From Dimorphilus gyrociliatus (Eukaryota; Animalia; Annelida): 64,000 bases of DNA. This document shows, piece by piece, positions 1-14,439 of this stretch. Numbering within the stretch: position 1 is the stretch's first letter; the number at the start of each line of letters is the position of its first letter. The position numbers and the translations under genes are program-made. The stretch spans positions 554,819-618,818 of the forward strand of contig CAJFCJ010000007.1 of assembly GCA_904063045.1 (NCBI GenBank), read 5' to 3'. Under the pieces are notes generated by a model. That model had not been told where the DNA came from. It ran no database searches and saw only the letters and a program-made list of their open reading frames with translations.

Positions 1-1625
1 TTTTAAATAATTCAAAAGATATTCACAAGATAAAGTAAATATCAGGTTTATACAATTAAAGAACTAAAGGTTTTCTCAAACTATGATAAATACTAGGGAT
101 TGCATATTCTATTAACATATATATTGCTGAGCAGCTTAGCTTAAGAGGAAACTAATATTCTTTTGTTGATATGAAATACAGCATCGAATAGGCAAAGCGT
201 TCCTAAGGGCTGGCGAAAACGGGTATTAATTGCGAACTCTACATTACATTTTAAAGCCTAAGTCTAACGTCTAATCAGCAAATGTTATAAGAAATATCTT
301 TTATTAAAAGGAGATAATAAGTTTGTTTATTAGAAGAGGCCATGACATGTGAATATTAGTGTAAGTTGCTCATTTTTTATATGAGATTTATTGTACAGAG
401 AGCGGAGTTTGGCTGTAGTTTGTATGAGTTTGCCATAATGTTTATTATAAACATACTCTGTTTTTGAAATATTAAACATCGAGATTTTCATTTTGCACTT
501 GTACGATAAAAATCTATTATTTCATACTTTTCACCTGGTTTAATGATGTACAACGATTTATTGTCATTGATAGAATCAATGTTTTCTATTCTCCTTGAAC
601 CAATTTCTTTTAATGCATATAATTTGTCCGTGTGTTTTATTTTAATTATAATACGTACATGTAATATTGCATTTATTTTTTATTTTGTAATTTTAAATTA
701 TATTTTTATTAATAATGAATAGGTTAAAAACCTAAAACTCCTTACATATGCCATAATCGATCAATAAAACCCGCTGCCACCCCCTTGGACTAGTCCATAA
801 GGGTAGAACAGATTCATGTTCTATACAATTGCAAAGATATGATACACTGATTGCTGGATATTAAATACTGCTCAATTTTATAACAGTTAGTTTTTATTTA
901 ATGTCGATTAGGAATTGTGTTATCTGAAAATGTTTGTCATATAAAATGATGCTTGCGTGGGCGTGGATTTATAGGAAAAGCGTAGCTGAATGAGAAGGAT
1001 ATAGCATATGTAATATGTTTTTACCTGAGTTAAGCGGACTGCAAACAACTACTCCACACTTTGGATAAGGGATATTGTTTGTGTTAACTTTTCCTTGTTT
1101 TTAATCCCGAAAACAACGATTTTACTAAACTCATAGCCGTTGTAAAACAGACGGCATATGTTTTTGTATGCAACAGCATGTTATAGCTGGATTCTTGATT
1201 AATAATTATATTTTGTATATGAAATATCACGAAAATAGCGAAAATTTTCTTAAAATTTATTCAAACTTGCTTTTGGCATATGCGTATATAAGTCAACAAA
1301 TGTATGCAGTAAATATATATATATATATATATACTGTATATATTACAATTGCTGCTGTATAGAATAGCAATGATAACTATTAAAATTATACATATATCTC
1401 CTGAATATTTACTGTACTGCATTTTTATTTATTCAATATGCATATGCAACTGCAAATTTATGATATAATGATAAAATATTAATAGTACTTTATTTTTTTT
1501 TTCACCTCTTTTTACAGACGTTTAGAATGGTCTTGCATAACTGACTGGCTTGAATTTAAATTAATAAATAAATAAAAATAATCGTAAAAAGTTATTAGGG
1601 AACGAAAGTATAAACATAAAAAATC

Positions 1626-4600
1626 ATGCAAAGGATATTATTCATAATCTTTTACGCAACTTGGATTCTTTTACATAATGTTTACGGTACTATAACTGGT
1701 AGAAAAGGTACTCAATTTTCAACAGCTGAATCTGAAGAGAAAATTTTAATGCCTGGTGTCCATCCATCAGTTGTAAGCCGAGATTGTTATTAATGATATT
1801 ACTTTTTCTAATATTTTATTTATTCTCCTAGGAAGATGAATATTTTTGCATCGGAAAAAAACTACACAATTATGAACAATATATAAGTTAGTTTTTGTGT
1901 TTGACTACATTATTTCATAGTCTCAACTGTTTTTAATCTTATCTTTTACATTTAGCATCGTTCGAAGCTTTGGGAAATTCAACGTCTATCCATCATCTAC
2001 TTTTATATGGATGTAAAACACCATACTCGAAGAGTGGAGGATGGTGGAAATGCGGCGCCATTTGCGGTGAAGGAGGACCATCTATTTTATACGCTTGGGC
2101 GAAGAACGCACCACCGGTACAAATGCCACCGAGTAAGTTTTTTCGACGGGTTAATTGGATTTCTTTCAACCTAGATGTACTAATATTTATCCTCTGACAT
2201 CTACAGATGTAGGATTTCACGTTGGCGGTAAAACTCCTGTATCCTATATTGTAATGCAGATCCATTATAAGCATCCCATCGACAGTGAGAATTAAATATA
2301 TATTATATAAATTTTCACTTAGCTAACAAATTATTTAACACAATATCCAGAATCTCAACCAGGTGATAAATCGGGAGTAAAACTAAAAATGACGACAAAA
2401 CCTCAAAAGTTTTTAGCCGGAATTTACATTTTGATGAGATACTTGTTTACAATACCTGCTCATTCAAGTGGAGTTCATTCTGATGTATCTTGTCGATATT
2501 CCGGAAATTCGAAACTATATCCATTTGCGTTTCGGGTTCACGCCCACTCTTTGGGAAGAGTTATATCAGCTTATCAGTATAACGACACAGGCTGGCATAA
2601 ATTGGGTAAAGGAAATCCTCAATGGCCGCAAGCCTTTTATCCCATTAATGAGAATTTAGTGATAAAACCAGGCGATCGATTAGTTGCGAGATGCACTTTT
2701 GATGCTAGAAACAGGAACACAGATACACATATTGGGTAAGTGTTTTCTATTTAGCTCTTTGTTTTTGAATATACTAATTTTCTTTATGATCTTCTCCTCT
2801 TTAGTTCAACTCATAACGACGAAATGTGTAACTTTTACTTGATGTACTATACTCCAGCAACAGTTGGCGGCTCTTATTTCCAATGTGGCGGCGACAATAT
2901 ACCACGATTATCGGATAAGCTTCCAGACGAATCGGATAGCCCCCTCCCACCTAATCCTTTATTAGAGAACTGGGCAACAGGAATTTTATCTTCAGGTAGA
3001 CCAGCTTCTCACTCAAATGCTGAAAATTATGATATTCTTTACGATTATTACGATGTGGATAAACCAAAATATGACTATTATTACGACTCTCCTAACTTTT
3101 TTCCATATCCCTCTTACCGAAAACCCGTAATTCCGAATGTTCAAAGGAAACCACTAATTAAACAGCCACTTATGCAGAGGCCTCACCATGATAACATGGT
3201 AGACCATGGTTCAGTGGAGGCATCTAGAAACAGGGTAACAGAAAAAGTTATCCCTGAGAAAGTGAAAACAGTAAAAACAGTTTGTAAGTTAAAACAAAAC
3301 AGACAGTATGTTGTAATGTAATTTTTCCTGCTTTAGTGTTGTTGGGTTAAGCAATTCAATTAACAAAAAGAAAAACACCAAAATTTTCCAGATTTCCTTT
3401 ATCTTTTATATAATTTCCCCCAAGAAGAGAATATATTAGTACTTGTGTTTCAAGGACTCTTGATTTATTTATCTATTATATTTAAACCTATTTCGTGTTT
3501 CATTTTTCATTTTTTGTTTATATTATAAATGTATTATCTGAAGTGTGGCTGATAATTTAATCATTTTTTCTTTTTCTTCTAATTTCTAATTGAAAAGCCC
3601 CCAAGTACGTGAAAAATTGGCCTAAAGCAGGAATCAAATTTGGACAAATATCAGGCATTGGAACAGATTCTAAGGGAAATGTCCATATTTTCCACAGAGC
3701 CGACAGAATTTGGGATGTAAAGTAGGTTTCTAAGCTTTTAATAAATCATATTGTATGATACGAATAGGAAGTAAGATAATTTTTTTCAGCTCGTTTAATA
3801 GCGACAATACCCTGTATGAGAAGACTCCTATAAAAAACGCAACAATTCTGATATTTGATCCAAAAGGAAACTTAATCAAAAGTTGGGGATCGAATATGTT
3901 CTATATGCCTCATGGACTACATGTTGATAAAGACGATAATGTTTGGGTTACGGATGTTGGCTCACACCAGGTAAAATATTGATTATTTATTCCATATCAG
4001 ACAGTACAGCTACATAAATTATCCAATTTCTTTAAATAGCCATAAAGCGGTACAAGGCAATTTAATTTATCAATTAAAAATTAATATATACAATTACACT
4101 ACGTAAATAATACCTTTATTTGAAAGAGATAATTTTTTTTTTATAGAAAAAAAAGTAAGGTTGTCTCATAGACAATACAAAAAATATTCTTCTCAGACGC
4201 ATGTAGTTCTCTCTCCCATAATAAATGCTCTTAGGTCAGGCGGTGGTGTATCAATAGTATTTATGTAATCCATTCCCAGTAAAACTGGATAATCAACATT
4301 ACTCAAAATAACAAATAGATGATCCCTAGCTGGTTGAAGTCCGTCTATTCTGACTGCTATTTCAGCCATTCCAATAGCATCTTTCCATTGTTGGGAATGA
4401 ATACGAGCTACCTTGTGTAACTTGGTAGATAAAAATTCAGTTATAGGATAATTTCCAAACGATTCGAAAAGAGTTTGAGAAATATATGAAAAATAATGAA
4501 ATTTCGAAAAAGCTACAGTCTTAATTCGTTTGCGATTGATAAATACTCTGCTAGTGAATGTTTCTATTAAAGCAAAATCTTGAAAATTAATTTTATCATT

Positions 4601-7600
4601 CTCCGGAAAGGCTAAACCTCTTGTCCTATAATCAACATTGTCATATATCGGTACTTCAGAATTTTCTTCCAAAACAATTTTTATATCTTTATTTTCAATA
4701 TGCGTCTTTGTCTCTTTTATTTCGCATTCGACACTCTTACAAATCCAAACTATAAGGTCAACTATCAAAGTTATTGTTATGTAGCTTGTCAATATCTGTT
4801 TAATTTCAGAGAGCATTTCCAATTGTTAATTAAAAGTTAATTGAAAAAGTAACTTACCGTTACTATGAGATATCCATAACTTTTACAATGTATAGTTTCA
4901 TGTAATCTACTTATCATTACAAATAATGATATAAGTAACGATACTACTAGAATTAATTTCTTCATTACGAAAGTTCTTTTAATTCTTTTGAATATAAAGA
5001 AAACAGCTGATAGATTGAATATTAGCAGACTATATATGACACATGATAAACTATTAATCTTTTCCATTAATTTACAAATACTAGTATCGACATTTCCATT
5101 GCGTTTCTTTAAGTTTTCAATTTGAAAAATGGCGAGTGGAATTATTGCAATTGAGGCAAACTAAACAGGAAAAAACAGTTAATTTCTTTTTTTATATATA
5201 TAAAAAAGTTACAAAGATTAAAAACTATTGTATATATTTGTTAGTTTATAATACAAAGTATACTTTTTATAGTTAGTTACACAATGGAATGCTACGTAAA
5301 TTGGCCCGTGAATGATTTATTTTTAGCTAAAAAATTACTTTAAAACATACATGACGACTTATTCTCCTATATATGTTTGTATATATAATATAAGTTTCTT
5401 CTACTACATTCATTTGACAACGTATAAAACTGTTCAAACAATAAATTAATCAACTTACCAATCTTGATAGTAAGAGAAAATAATCAAGACAAATCAAACG
5501 TTCCATCAATGCTATTTGTTTTACAGTTATTCGAGCTTCTCTGACTATTGTACTTTTAATTGGTCTTTTTTTTACGAAATAAATTTGTGTACTACTCTTT
5601 TAACAGGTTTTTAAGTTTCCGCCCAATTCAGCAACGCCATCTTTAATCTTGGGAACAAAATTAACTCCTGGAGGTGACGTAAAACACTTTTGTAAACCCT
5701 CCGACGTGGTTACTCTGTCGACTGGAGAATTTTTTATTGCCGATGGGTTTGTAGTTTTAATTCTATTTTACTCAATTTCCTTTTATTCCATTGTATTGTT
5801 TGTTTGTGTTAGGTACTGCAATTCTAGAATAATAAAATATTCGGCTGATGGAAAAGTTATCACACAATGGGGCGAAACACCGGAACCTGGAGAACAGCGT
5901 AATTATTCCTCTAAAATTAAAAAAGAGAAAAAAATGTTATCCTAAATATTAATGAACTAATTTACGTCTTAGTTGACAAAGATGGATTTCCAGCTCCAAA
6001 TAAGTTGTTGGTTCCACACTCACTTGCGGTAAATGAGGATAAGAAATATTTATACATTGCTGATCGAGAACATGGCCGTATTACTACTTTTGATTTTGAA
6101 GGAAATTTTATCTTTCAAACTCATCCTAAAGAGTTTAGCGGAACATTATATTCGGTATCTTACGATAAATCAGCTGGTAAGTATATACTCATAGAAAAAG
6201 TGTCTCAATAAACGGAAAATATCACATATTCAGAATTAATTTATGCCATCAATGGACCTAGTATTTACAAAGCACTCACTGCTGGAGGCTTTACCTTAAG
6301 TTCTACAACCGGTGAACTATTAGCTACATGGTCACCACCTCAAGGTTTTAACCGACCACATGATATCGCAGTCAGCAAGGACGGAACTTCTCTCTATATT
6401 AGTGAAATAGGACCAAACGTCATACATAAGTTTCAATTGAACAATTCAGGTATGCTTACTATATTTGTATTTGTTATAAGAATGCATTACTTATTATGCA
6501 TGGCTGAACCATAATTTATTCGTTGTAATGCACATATGCTTATCCTTCACGAATGCATGTTCCTATACAACTAACGCAGGTATTGCCTTACCTTCGCATG
6601 CGAATCATGTATCTCAACAACACAACCACGCTCAACCATCATATGATAAGGCTAAGAGCGATTTGAATAGTTTTAGGGATCATCCAAAGCATCAGCCTAC
6701 CTTTGGGACTTACAGTAAGAATAGAAATGGTAATCGATTTTCAGACAAAACGATAAGGAGGAAAGGGCATAAGAACGACAATATCGACTTATTAGAGTTA
6801 ATTTTGAGTGATAGAAAAGGGCAATATAAAAATTTATTAGATATCTTAGCTAATTCAGAGGAAGTTGAGACTTTAAAAACAACTTACGAAGACATTATGA
6901 AAGAACTATTGGGAGAATTAAAATCTCAAACTGCTGTTGTGCCCCTTAGCGAGCTAAAAAGTATTGCAAATGCTAGAAATAACACATCAACGCAAAAAAA
7001 ATTAAAAAAATTATTGACGATCTTGAATGGAACAGAGGAAGAGACTATAACATTGGTCGGAAGCATTATCGATGTTGTTACCCACCCTTTAGGTTCTGTT
7101 TACTCTTTACTTTTTCATGGAATTAAATATACTGTATATTGTAAGTTTCGAAATGTAACATTACAAATTTTCTATTAGATAAGCGAAGCTCAACAAAGAC
7201 GACCGACTTTATAACTTCTTCAAAACCAAGTATAATGAAATCTGAAATAAAAGACGATGATATGAAAGCATCAATTATAATTGGATCTTTACTGCTAGTT
7301 CCCGTTATAGTTATCGTTATTGTTGTGGTAATTTTAAGATTAAAACGAAGTGGTAAGTAGGAAAGATAAATAACGCTATTTGGTTCTCGTAATTCTATAT
7401 CAAAAGCAAGCTTTTATTAATAATATTGATTTTAATTAGAATAGTTTCTGGCTTATAGCAGATATTTTGTAGAGTATTTATAAGGAGCATATTGAATGAA
7501 ACCAGAAAGTAATTAATACGCCCTATCAAATCTTTATCTAATCCTATGCTTTTATTAAGAAAATTCAAAAGTATTATTTATAAGTGTTATCATGTATATC

Positions 7601-7970
7601 CTATTATTATTGGTTATATCATGTAGTATAGGCTGATAAGAGGAGAAAAATAGAGAGAAAGAGATGTATTAGAAACAAGAAATTGTATATAGTGCGACTT
7701 CCCAGCTTGAAGGATTATTTTATCTCTTTATTTATTTAGAATTATAAGGTACTATTACATAAGTAATTAATCTTTTTAGGTAAAATATCCTACATCGACG
7801 CAACTGCATCATTTGGTAAACTCAATAAAAATAGAAGAAATTTCAACATTGGTCAAATATTTAACCGACATAAAGGATTTGACAGACTAAGTCAAGAGGA
7901 CGGTGAACTGGATCATTTAAACTCTGATTCCGAGGTTGAAGACTATTCTACTACTGAACAAAAAGCATAA
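1626..7970 (+). CDS. PAM: Peptidylglycine alpha-amidating monooxygenase, bifunctional PHM-PAL with TM and cytosolic tail (multi-exon)
   Basis: Signal peptide [21 protein letters not shown] from ATG 1626. PHM Cu-ligand motifs [39 protein letters not shown] repeats [80 protein letters not shown]. Tail [32 protein letters not shown] ending TAA 7970. Confidence 0.95.
4193..5067 (-). CDS. Nested antisense 2-exon gene, about 270 aa: three hydrophobic segments plus a degenerate retropepsin (retroviral-type aspartyl protease)-like domain
   Basis: ORFs 4837..5067 and 4193..4822 join in frame via a 62-nt phase-0 intron (ACG|gtaagt at 4857 ... aaacag|ATA at 4796). C-terminal [10 protein letters not shown] resembles the retropepsin psi-loop motif. 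AATAAA on the minus strand at 4115-4120. Lies inside PAM intron 3971..5606. Confidence 0.7.
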
Positions 7971-8618
7971 AGAATGAATGATAAGAAAATTACTGTATAC
8001 GAAAATATATATTATACAGTGACTAACTACTTTTACTAGTAAATCTATTGTATAGTTTATTGTACTTCTTTATTGCGTGTCCTAATGTTGTTCATGATCA
8101 TATAAGACTGTTTTTTTTTTAAAACAGTATAAAAAAAGAAACTAAAACAACTTTTGTCAAATATTTTACTGATATCCCTGCACATGTTTATAAATAAAAC
8201 AAACTAACAATATAATATTTCTTTAATTTTTATCCAAAATCTAGACGTTTTAGTGTAAAGTAAAGAATTTCTAAGTAACATAATTACTTCATAATGTTAC
8301 CAACTTGTATAAATATAACATTTTTAAAGGGTGTAATTCAAGTCCACATCTTAAATGGCTGCCAAGGTCTGATTCTATCAATTGTTTTAGTTTTTATTTT
8401 TTCTTTAACACTCGTTGAAATAAAACAACCAAAGTAATTTGGCCCTTTAAAGTGTTCTAGAATAATTGGCCTATTTCGGCCTGTATAGTTTTTAAAGCAT
8501 CTAATCAGTTGTATTTGTAGCAGTTTTATAAAAATTGGCAGTTGGTTAGTATCGATTAAAGAAGTTTCGATTTAGAAAGTGAGTTCTTAGCAGAGACAAC
8601 AGTAGCTTTGGAAACAAG

Positions 8619-10757
8619 ATGGCCTCCAAAAGTATTAACATCTTTGATATCCTTAATAAGAAGTCTGACGGTTCAGAATTGGAAGATGAAGAAATTCAGT
8701 GGTTTGTCAAAGAAGCCTCAAAAGTAACTAATTCGGCAATAAATGATAGTCAAATAGGTATAACTATTTTTTTGTCATCTTTTACTAACAATGGAATATC
8801 GCCAGAAGCACGTATTCTTAGCTTAAAGTCTTTATTTAATCTAAGATAGAAAAAAGAAGACAACAGTTACGGTGTATGATTACGCTCTGATGTTTCACAG
8901 AATCCTTTCAGTCAGTCTTTGCGAAAACTATTCAATAAAATAATGAGAACATTCTGTCAAGCTACACAACGTTTTCTTCTCGCTTTCGTGCCTTTCATTA
9001 GATGCTATCTTCTTTACCTCAATAATTCTTTCAATAATAATCTTTAGATAGTGAAAAGCTGTAAAAGAATAAGTTTTAAAAAAAAATGGTCAATTCGATA
9101 AAAGCTTTAAAATGTCATTTCAACAAGAATAAAAGTATCTTTAAGGCTAAAAAAATAATGTAACGTTATCGTAAATGATAAGGAAGAGATTTTTAAATAA
9201 TTTAATCAATTTTTTATTATCTATTTTAGGTGCTATGCTAATGGCTATAAAACTTAACAAAATGACCCCAAGAGAAGCGGCTTCTCTAACCAAGTCAATG
9301 ACATTTAGTGGCACAGTGCTGCAATGGCCCGAGGAGTGGCAAAACATCCTGGTTGATAAACATAGTACAGGCGGTGTTGGGGACAAAGTCAGCCTTGTTT
9401 TGGCTCCGGCCCTGGCTGTATTCGGTTTAAAAGTTCCTATGATATCTGGTAGAGGGCTAGGTCACACTGGGGGAACATTAGATAAATTAGAATCAATTGA
9501 AGGTTTTCAAGTTCAACAAAGCGAAGAGAGAATCAGAGAGTAACTACATTACTTTTGCTTCATTTAATTAACACCTTTTTTATACAATTGACTGTTGCTT
9601 TTTAGAATTGTAGAGCAGATTGGATGCTGCATAGTTGGTCAAACAAAGAATATAGCACCCTGCGATAAAAAGCTCTATGCAATTCGCGATGTTACAGCAA
9701 CTGTTAATAGTAATTCTTTAATTATAGGCAAGAATCTCCTTTCATAAAACTGTTTAGCCATTAACTCTTTATACTAATATCCGTCCAGCATCTATTTTAT
9801 CGAAAAAAGCAGCAGCTGGTATAAAAACGTTAGTTATGGAAATGACTTATGGAGAAGGAGCTTTAATTAAAACTAGACAATTATCTGAAGAACTCGCAAG
9901 AGAAATAGTAAAATTTCTATTCATTCATATTTTCCTTATCACGCATACAGTCATTTAAATGGCTTTGTTTATTTGATTAATAAATTTTTACTACTTATTT
10001 GCACAGATTGATGTTGGAAAAGAACTTGGTATGAATATCATTGCTGCCATGACCAAGATGGTCTCTCCTATTGGAAAAACCATTGGAAATGCTATTGAAG
10101 TGTTAGAAGCGGTTGACACTTTAAACGGCAAAGGGCCTAAGGATCTTATAGATGTTGTTTGTAAATTGGGAGCTTGTCTCCTTCAATCGACAAATATTGC
10201 AAAATGTTTTGAAGAAGCAGAAAAAATGATGAGATCTACTTTAAATGATAATTCGGCGGCTGAAAAGTTTCGTTTGATGATTATCAAGCAAGGTGTCGAC
10301 GCTAAATTAGCATCTCAGCTTATGAAGGACCCTAGAGAAGTTCTCAAGCTGGCTAGTAGAAAAACAGAAATAAAAAGCAATTCAAATGGAATTGTAAACG
10401 TAATTAGGGGTCTTCCCCTAGCAAAAGTGCTAAGAGAACATCACGCCGGAAGGTTTAGCGTAGAGGATCAGCTGGATTATAAAGTTGGAATAGAAATTTT
10501 AAAAGATGAAGGTGATAAAATAGAAAAAGGTTGGTTATTTAAAGTTTAGACTTCATTATAGCTCAGATATCTTTTATGGCCTTTAATAAAACTAGGCTAT
10601 TATCACATTAAGTATATTTTTGAACGCAATGACAGATGAAACTTGGGCGGTACTATATCACGAAGCAGATTTAACAGCTGACCAAAAAGAGAATATAGAC
10701 TCATCTATAATCATTTCCAGTGAGAAGGAAGAATCTAAAGTCTTTTTACTAAAATGA
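8619..10757 (+). CDS. TYMP: Thymidine phosphorylase (6 exons)
   Basis: [89 protein letters not shown]. Stop TGA 10755-10757. Confidence 0.93.
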
Positions 10758-11586
10758 AAAAAAGCTACAAATTAACCAAACCTTTTATTGATTAATGATA
10801 CACATATTCGCTATTAATAAAATTACATATAGAATTGTTAAGATAAAATTCTAATTAAATATGCAGCTTTACCAAATAAAAAATTTTTTAACGAAAGAAA
10901 CATAAAATATCACAGGTTAGCGTCCAATCTATTATTAGTATTTTAACCATTTTCAACACGAAAAAAGAAGAAAATCCCCATATTTATATAATAAAAGCTC
11001 TTTCTTTTTGTTTCATTATTCTAAAAATATCATAATTGGTTATTGGGTATATTCAGATTGTTGAGGAGGTAAACATTTAATAAAAGCTTAGTTTTGAACA
11101 TAGATAGCTTAAATAGAACTTTAGCACTAACAATTTTTAAACTTAGGAATCATGTTATGTAGTTATAGCCGAAGCTTTAATGTAATTTATTCTAAATAAA
11201 ACAAACGGATAGTTGAAACTGTTGGAAAGTTAAAATTTCACTTCTATAAATAATTTTCGTTTCTGTTTATACTTCATGACCTCATTGCTACTGATTACAT
11301 CAGTAGGAGATCTTTTTGTCAGAAGCTTATGATGGATATATTTAAATGTAACAGAGTTAATTAAATATAAGATTATTTGAATTAAATAAGCAAAGTTTTT
11401 TTTTGACCAATTTTAAAGGCAATATACTTTTCATTTAAGCCTAACACAAACAGTAGAAAAGATGAATGAAGTGTGAATCCTTGATTTGAAATTGGTATTC
11501 TATTCTTTATTGTGATTTTAGAAAATAACCTCAGAAATAACCCAACAACCAACCTGTAACGTCTTTAAACGGAAAATGCAGGAATG

Positions 11587-12746
<1,160 letters not shown>

Positions 12747-13374
12747 TTTCGTTATCTAATAGTAGTATATTCAACTGAAAAAAAATAAACATGGCGAACT
12801 TCACTTTCACGTTTCGAGTAGTTGATTTAGAGACAGTAATTTCTCTCCATTTCATACTTACAACGTTTTAATGTTATTATTAAATCTAATGGTTTATTTT
12901 AGTAAACTTTGAAAGATTTAGAGCATTTTATTTCAACCTTCTATAATGCTTACATGCACTGTCTAGCCCGCACTGAAAATTTATCCGCAGATGATTGAAC
13001 GTACTCAATTCATATGCAATAATTTATTCTCGTACTTTTTCCGCTAAATCGAACTTAAATAAGACATAGTTTTCATTTACTATCCATTTTTTAGTTAAAT
13101 TATTATTAAGTTTTAGTATTCTTACATAGCAAAGACAAAATACACATAAAAATCCAGGTGAGATCGTGTCAGAGTCAATGGACGGTGGCGTTCCTATTGG
13201 TAGTATTCTATATACTAAGCGGTCTAGTGAAATATAAATATATGTGGCGCCGCCTATAAATAATACACATTTTCTGGACGTTTTAATATTTTCAAGAAAA
13301 ATCAAGATTAAAAGCTTAATTAACGACCATCTTAACATATTTAATTTACTTTACTTTCGGGAATAGTTGAAAAC

Positions 13375-14278
13375 ATGAATATTTTACATCATAAAAGGTT
13401 ACAAGTACTCTATTTTGGCCTGTCATTTTTAATAACTCTTTTTATCGCTCAATAGCTGGCACGTAAGAAATAGGAATAATATTGAAAGAGTGAAACGAGA
13501 TGAAGCTAAAGCAGCCGAAGAAGAGAAGGAAAAGGAAAGAAAAAGGTCTTTAGCCGAGCAAGAGGCAAGGACAAATTATTTGCGAAATCAAGCTCGTTTA
13601 CGTGGTTCTGAACCTGCTGCAACATTAGTTCCGAAAGAAAGTCGACATATTAATTTTTTTGCCGAAGCTGAAGCAGGTTTAAAAGGTAAGGAAGTGAACG
13701 AAGAACACGAAAAAGAAAAAAAGGAAGAAAAGGAAGCTTATGAGAAGAAAATTGGACTTTTGACTTATATTGGTCAAAGTGCTGTAGAATCACAGAGTAA
13801 GCTTTGTTTATTTTTTATTCAATCAATGACATAATAATTTATTAAAATATTTATTTTTTTTCTTTAAACAGCTACTAAACCTTGGTATTTTAATCCGAAG
13901 ACACAAAAACGTACTAGAGATTCTTCATCTGATTCGGAGGCAGATGAGAAGCGCAAGGATTTCTTGGATCCAATGAAAGCCGTTGAAAAGCATGTTAAAA
14001 CTTATAAGAGAGAGAAGAAGAAGAAGAAAAAGAAAAAGCATAAAAGATCATCACCATCGCCACCGCCATCAAAAAAAAAGAGTATAGAAGAGCTTAGGGC
14101 CGAACGTTTGAGAAGAGAGGCTACTGAAAAACAAAAAGTTAAAAAACTCTTTGGAGAATTAAGGGGTGAAAAACCTAAAGATGATATAATTATGGACGAT
14201 CGAGAAAGAAGATATAATTCTCAATTCAATCCTGACTTTGTTCGAAGACCAAAAAAGAGATATGAACCACAATATTAA
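13375..14278 (+). CDS. LENG1: Leukocyte receptor cluster member 1-like (CIR N-terminal domain), 3 exons
   Basis: [81 protein letters not shown]. Confidence 0.85.
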
Positions 14279-14439
14279 GTTCAATAATAATATAAAATGT
14301 GTATAGAATGAATAAATGTACATAGAATAAAAACTGTTGGGTTGGAAATTGTGGTCGAATTTTATTAAAGTATCATCCTCTAAAAGAAAATAATTATTAA
14401 ATTTACTATTTGAAAGGTCTATAATTATTTAATCAACTT

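Noticed and set aside
1168-1362. 64-aa ORF
   Set aside because: Runs through an (AT)n tract in the PAM 5' region; no homology features.
8900-9065. Possible second nested antisense exon in TYMP intron 1 (44 open codons after a ttttacag acceptor)
   Set aside because: No start or upstream exon found and no recognisable protein; insufficient evidence.
13024-13338. 104-aa minus ORF between GOLPH3 and LENG1
   Set aside because: Lies in a divergent promoter; no recognisable motif or supporting splice pattern.
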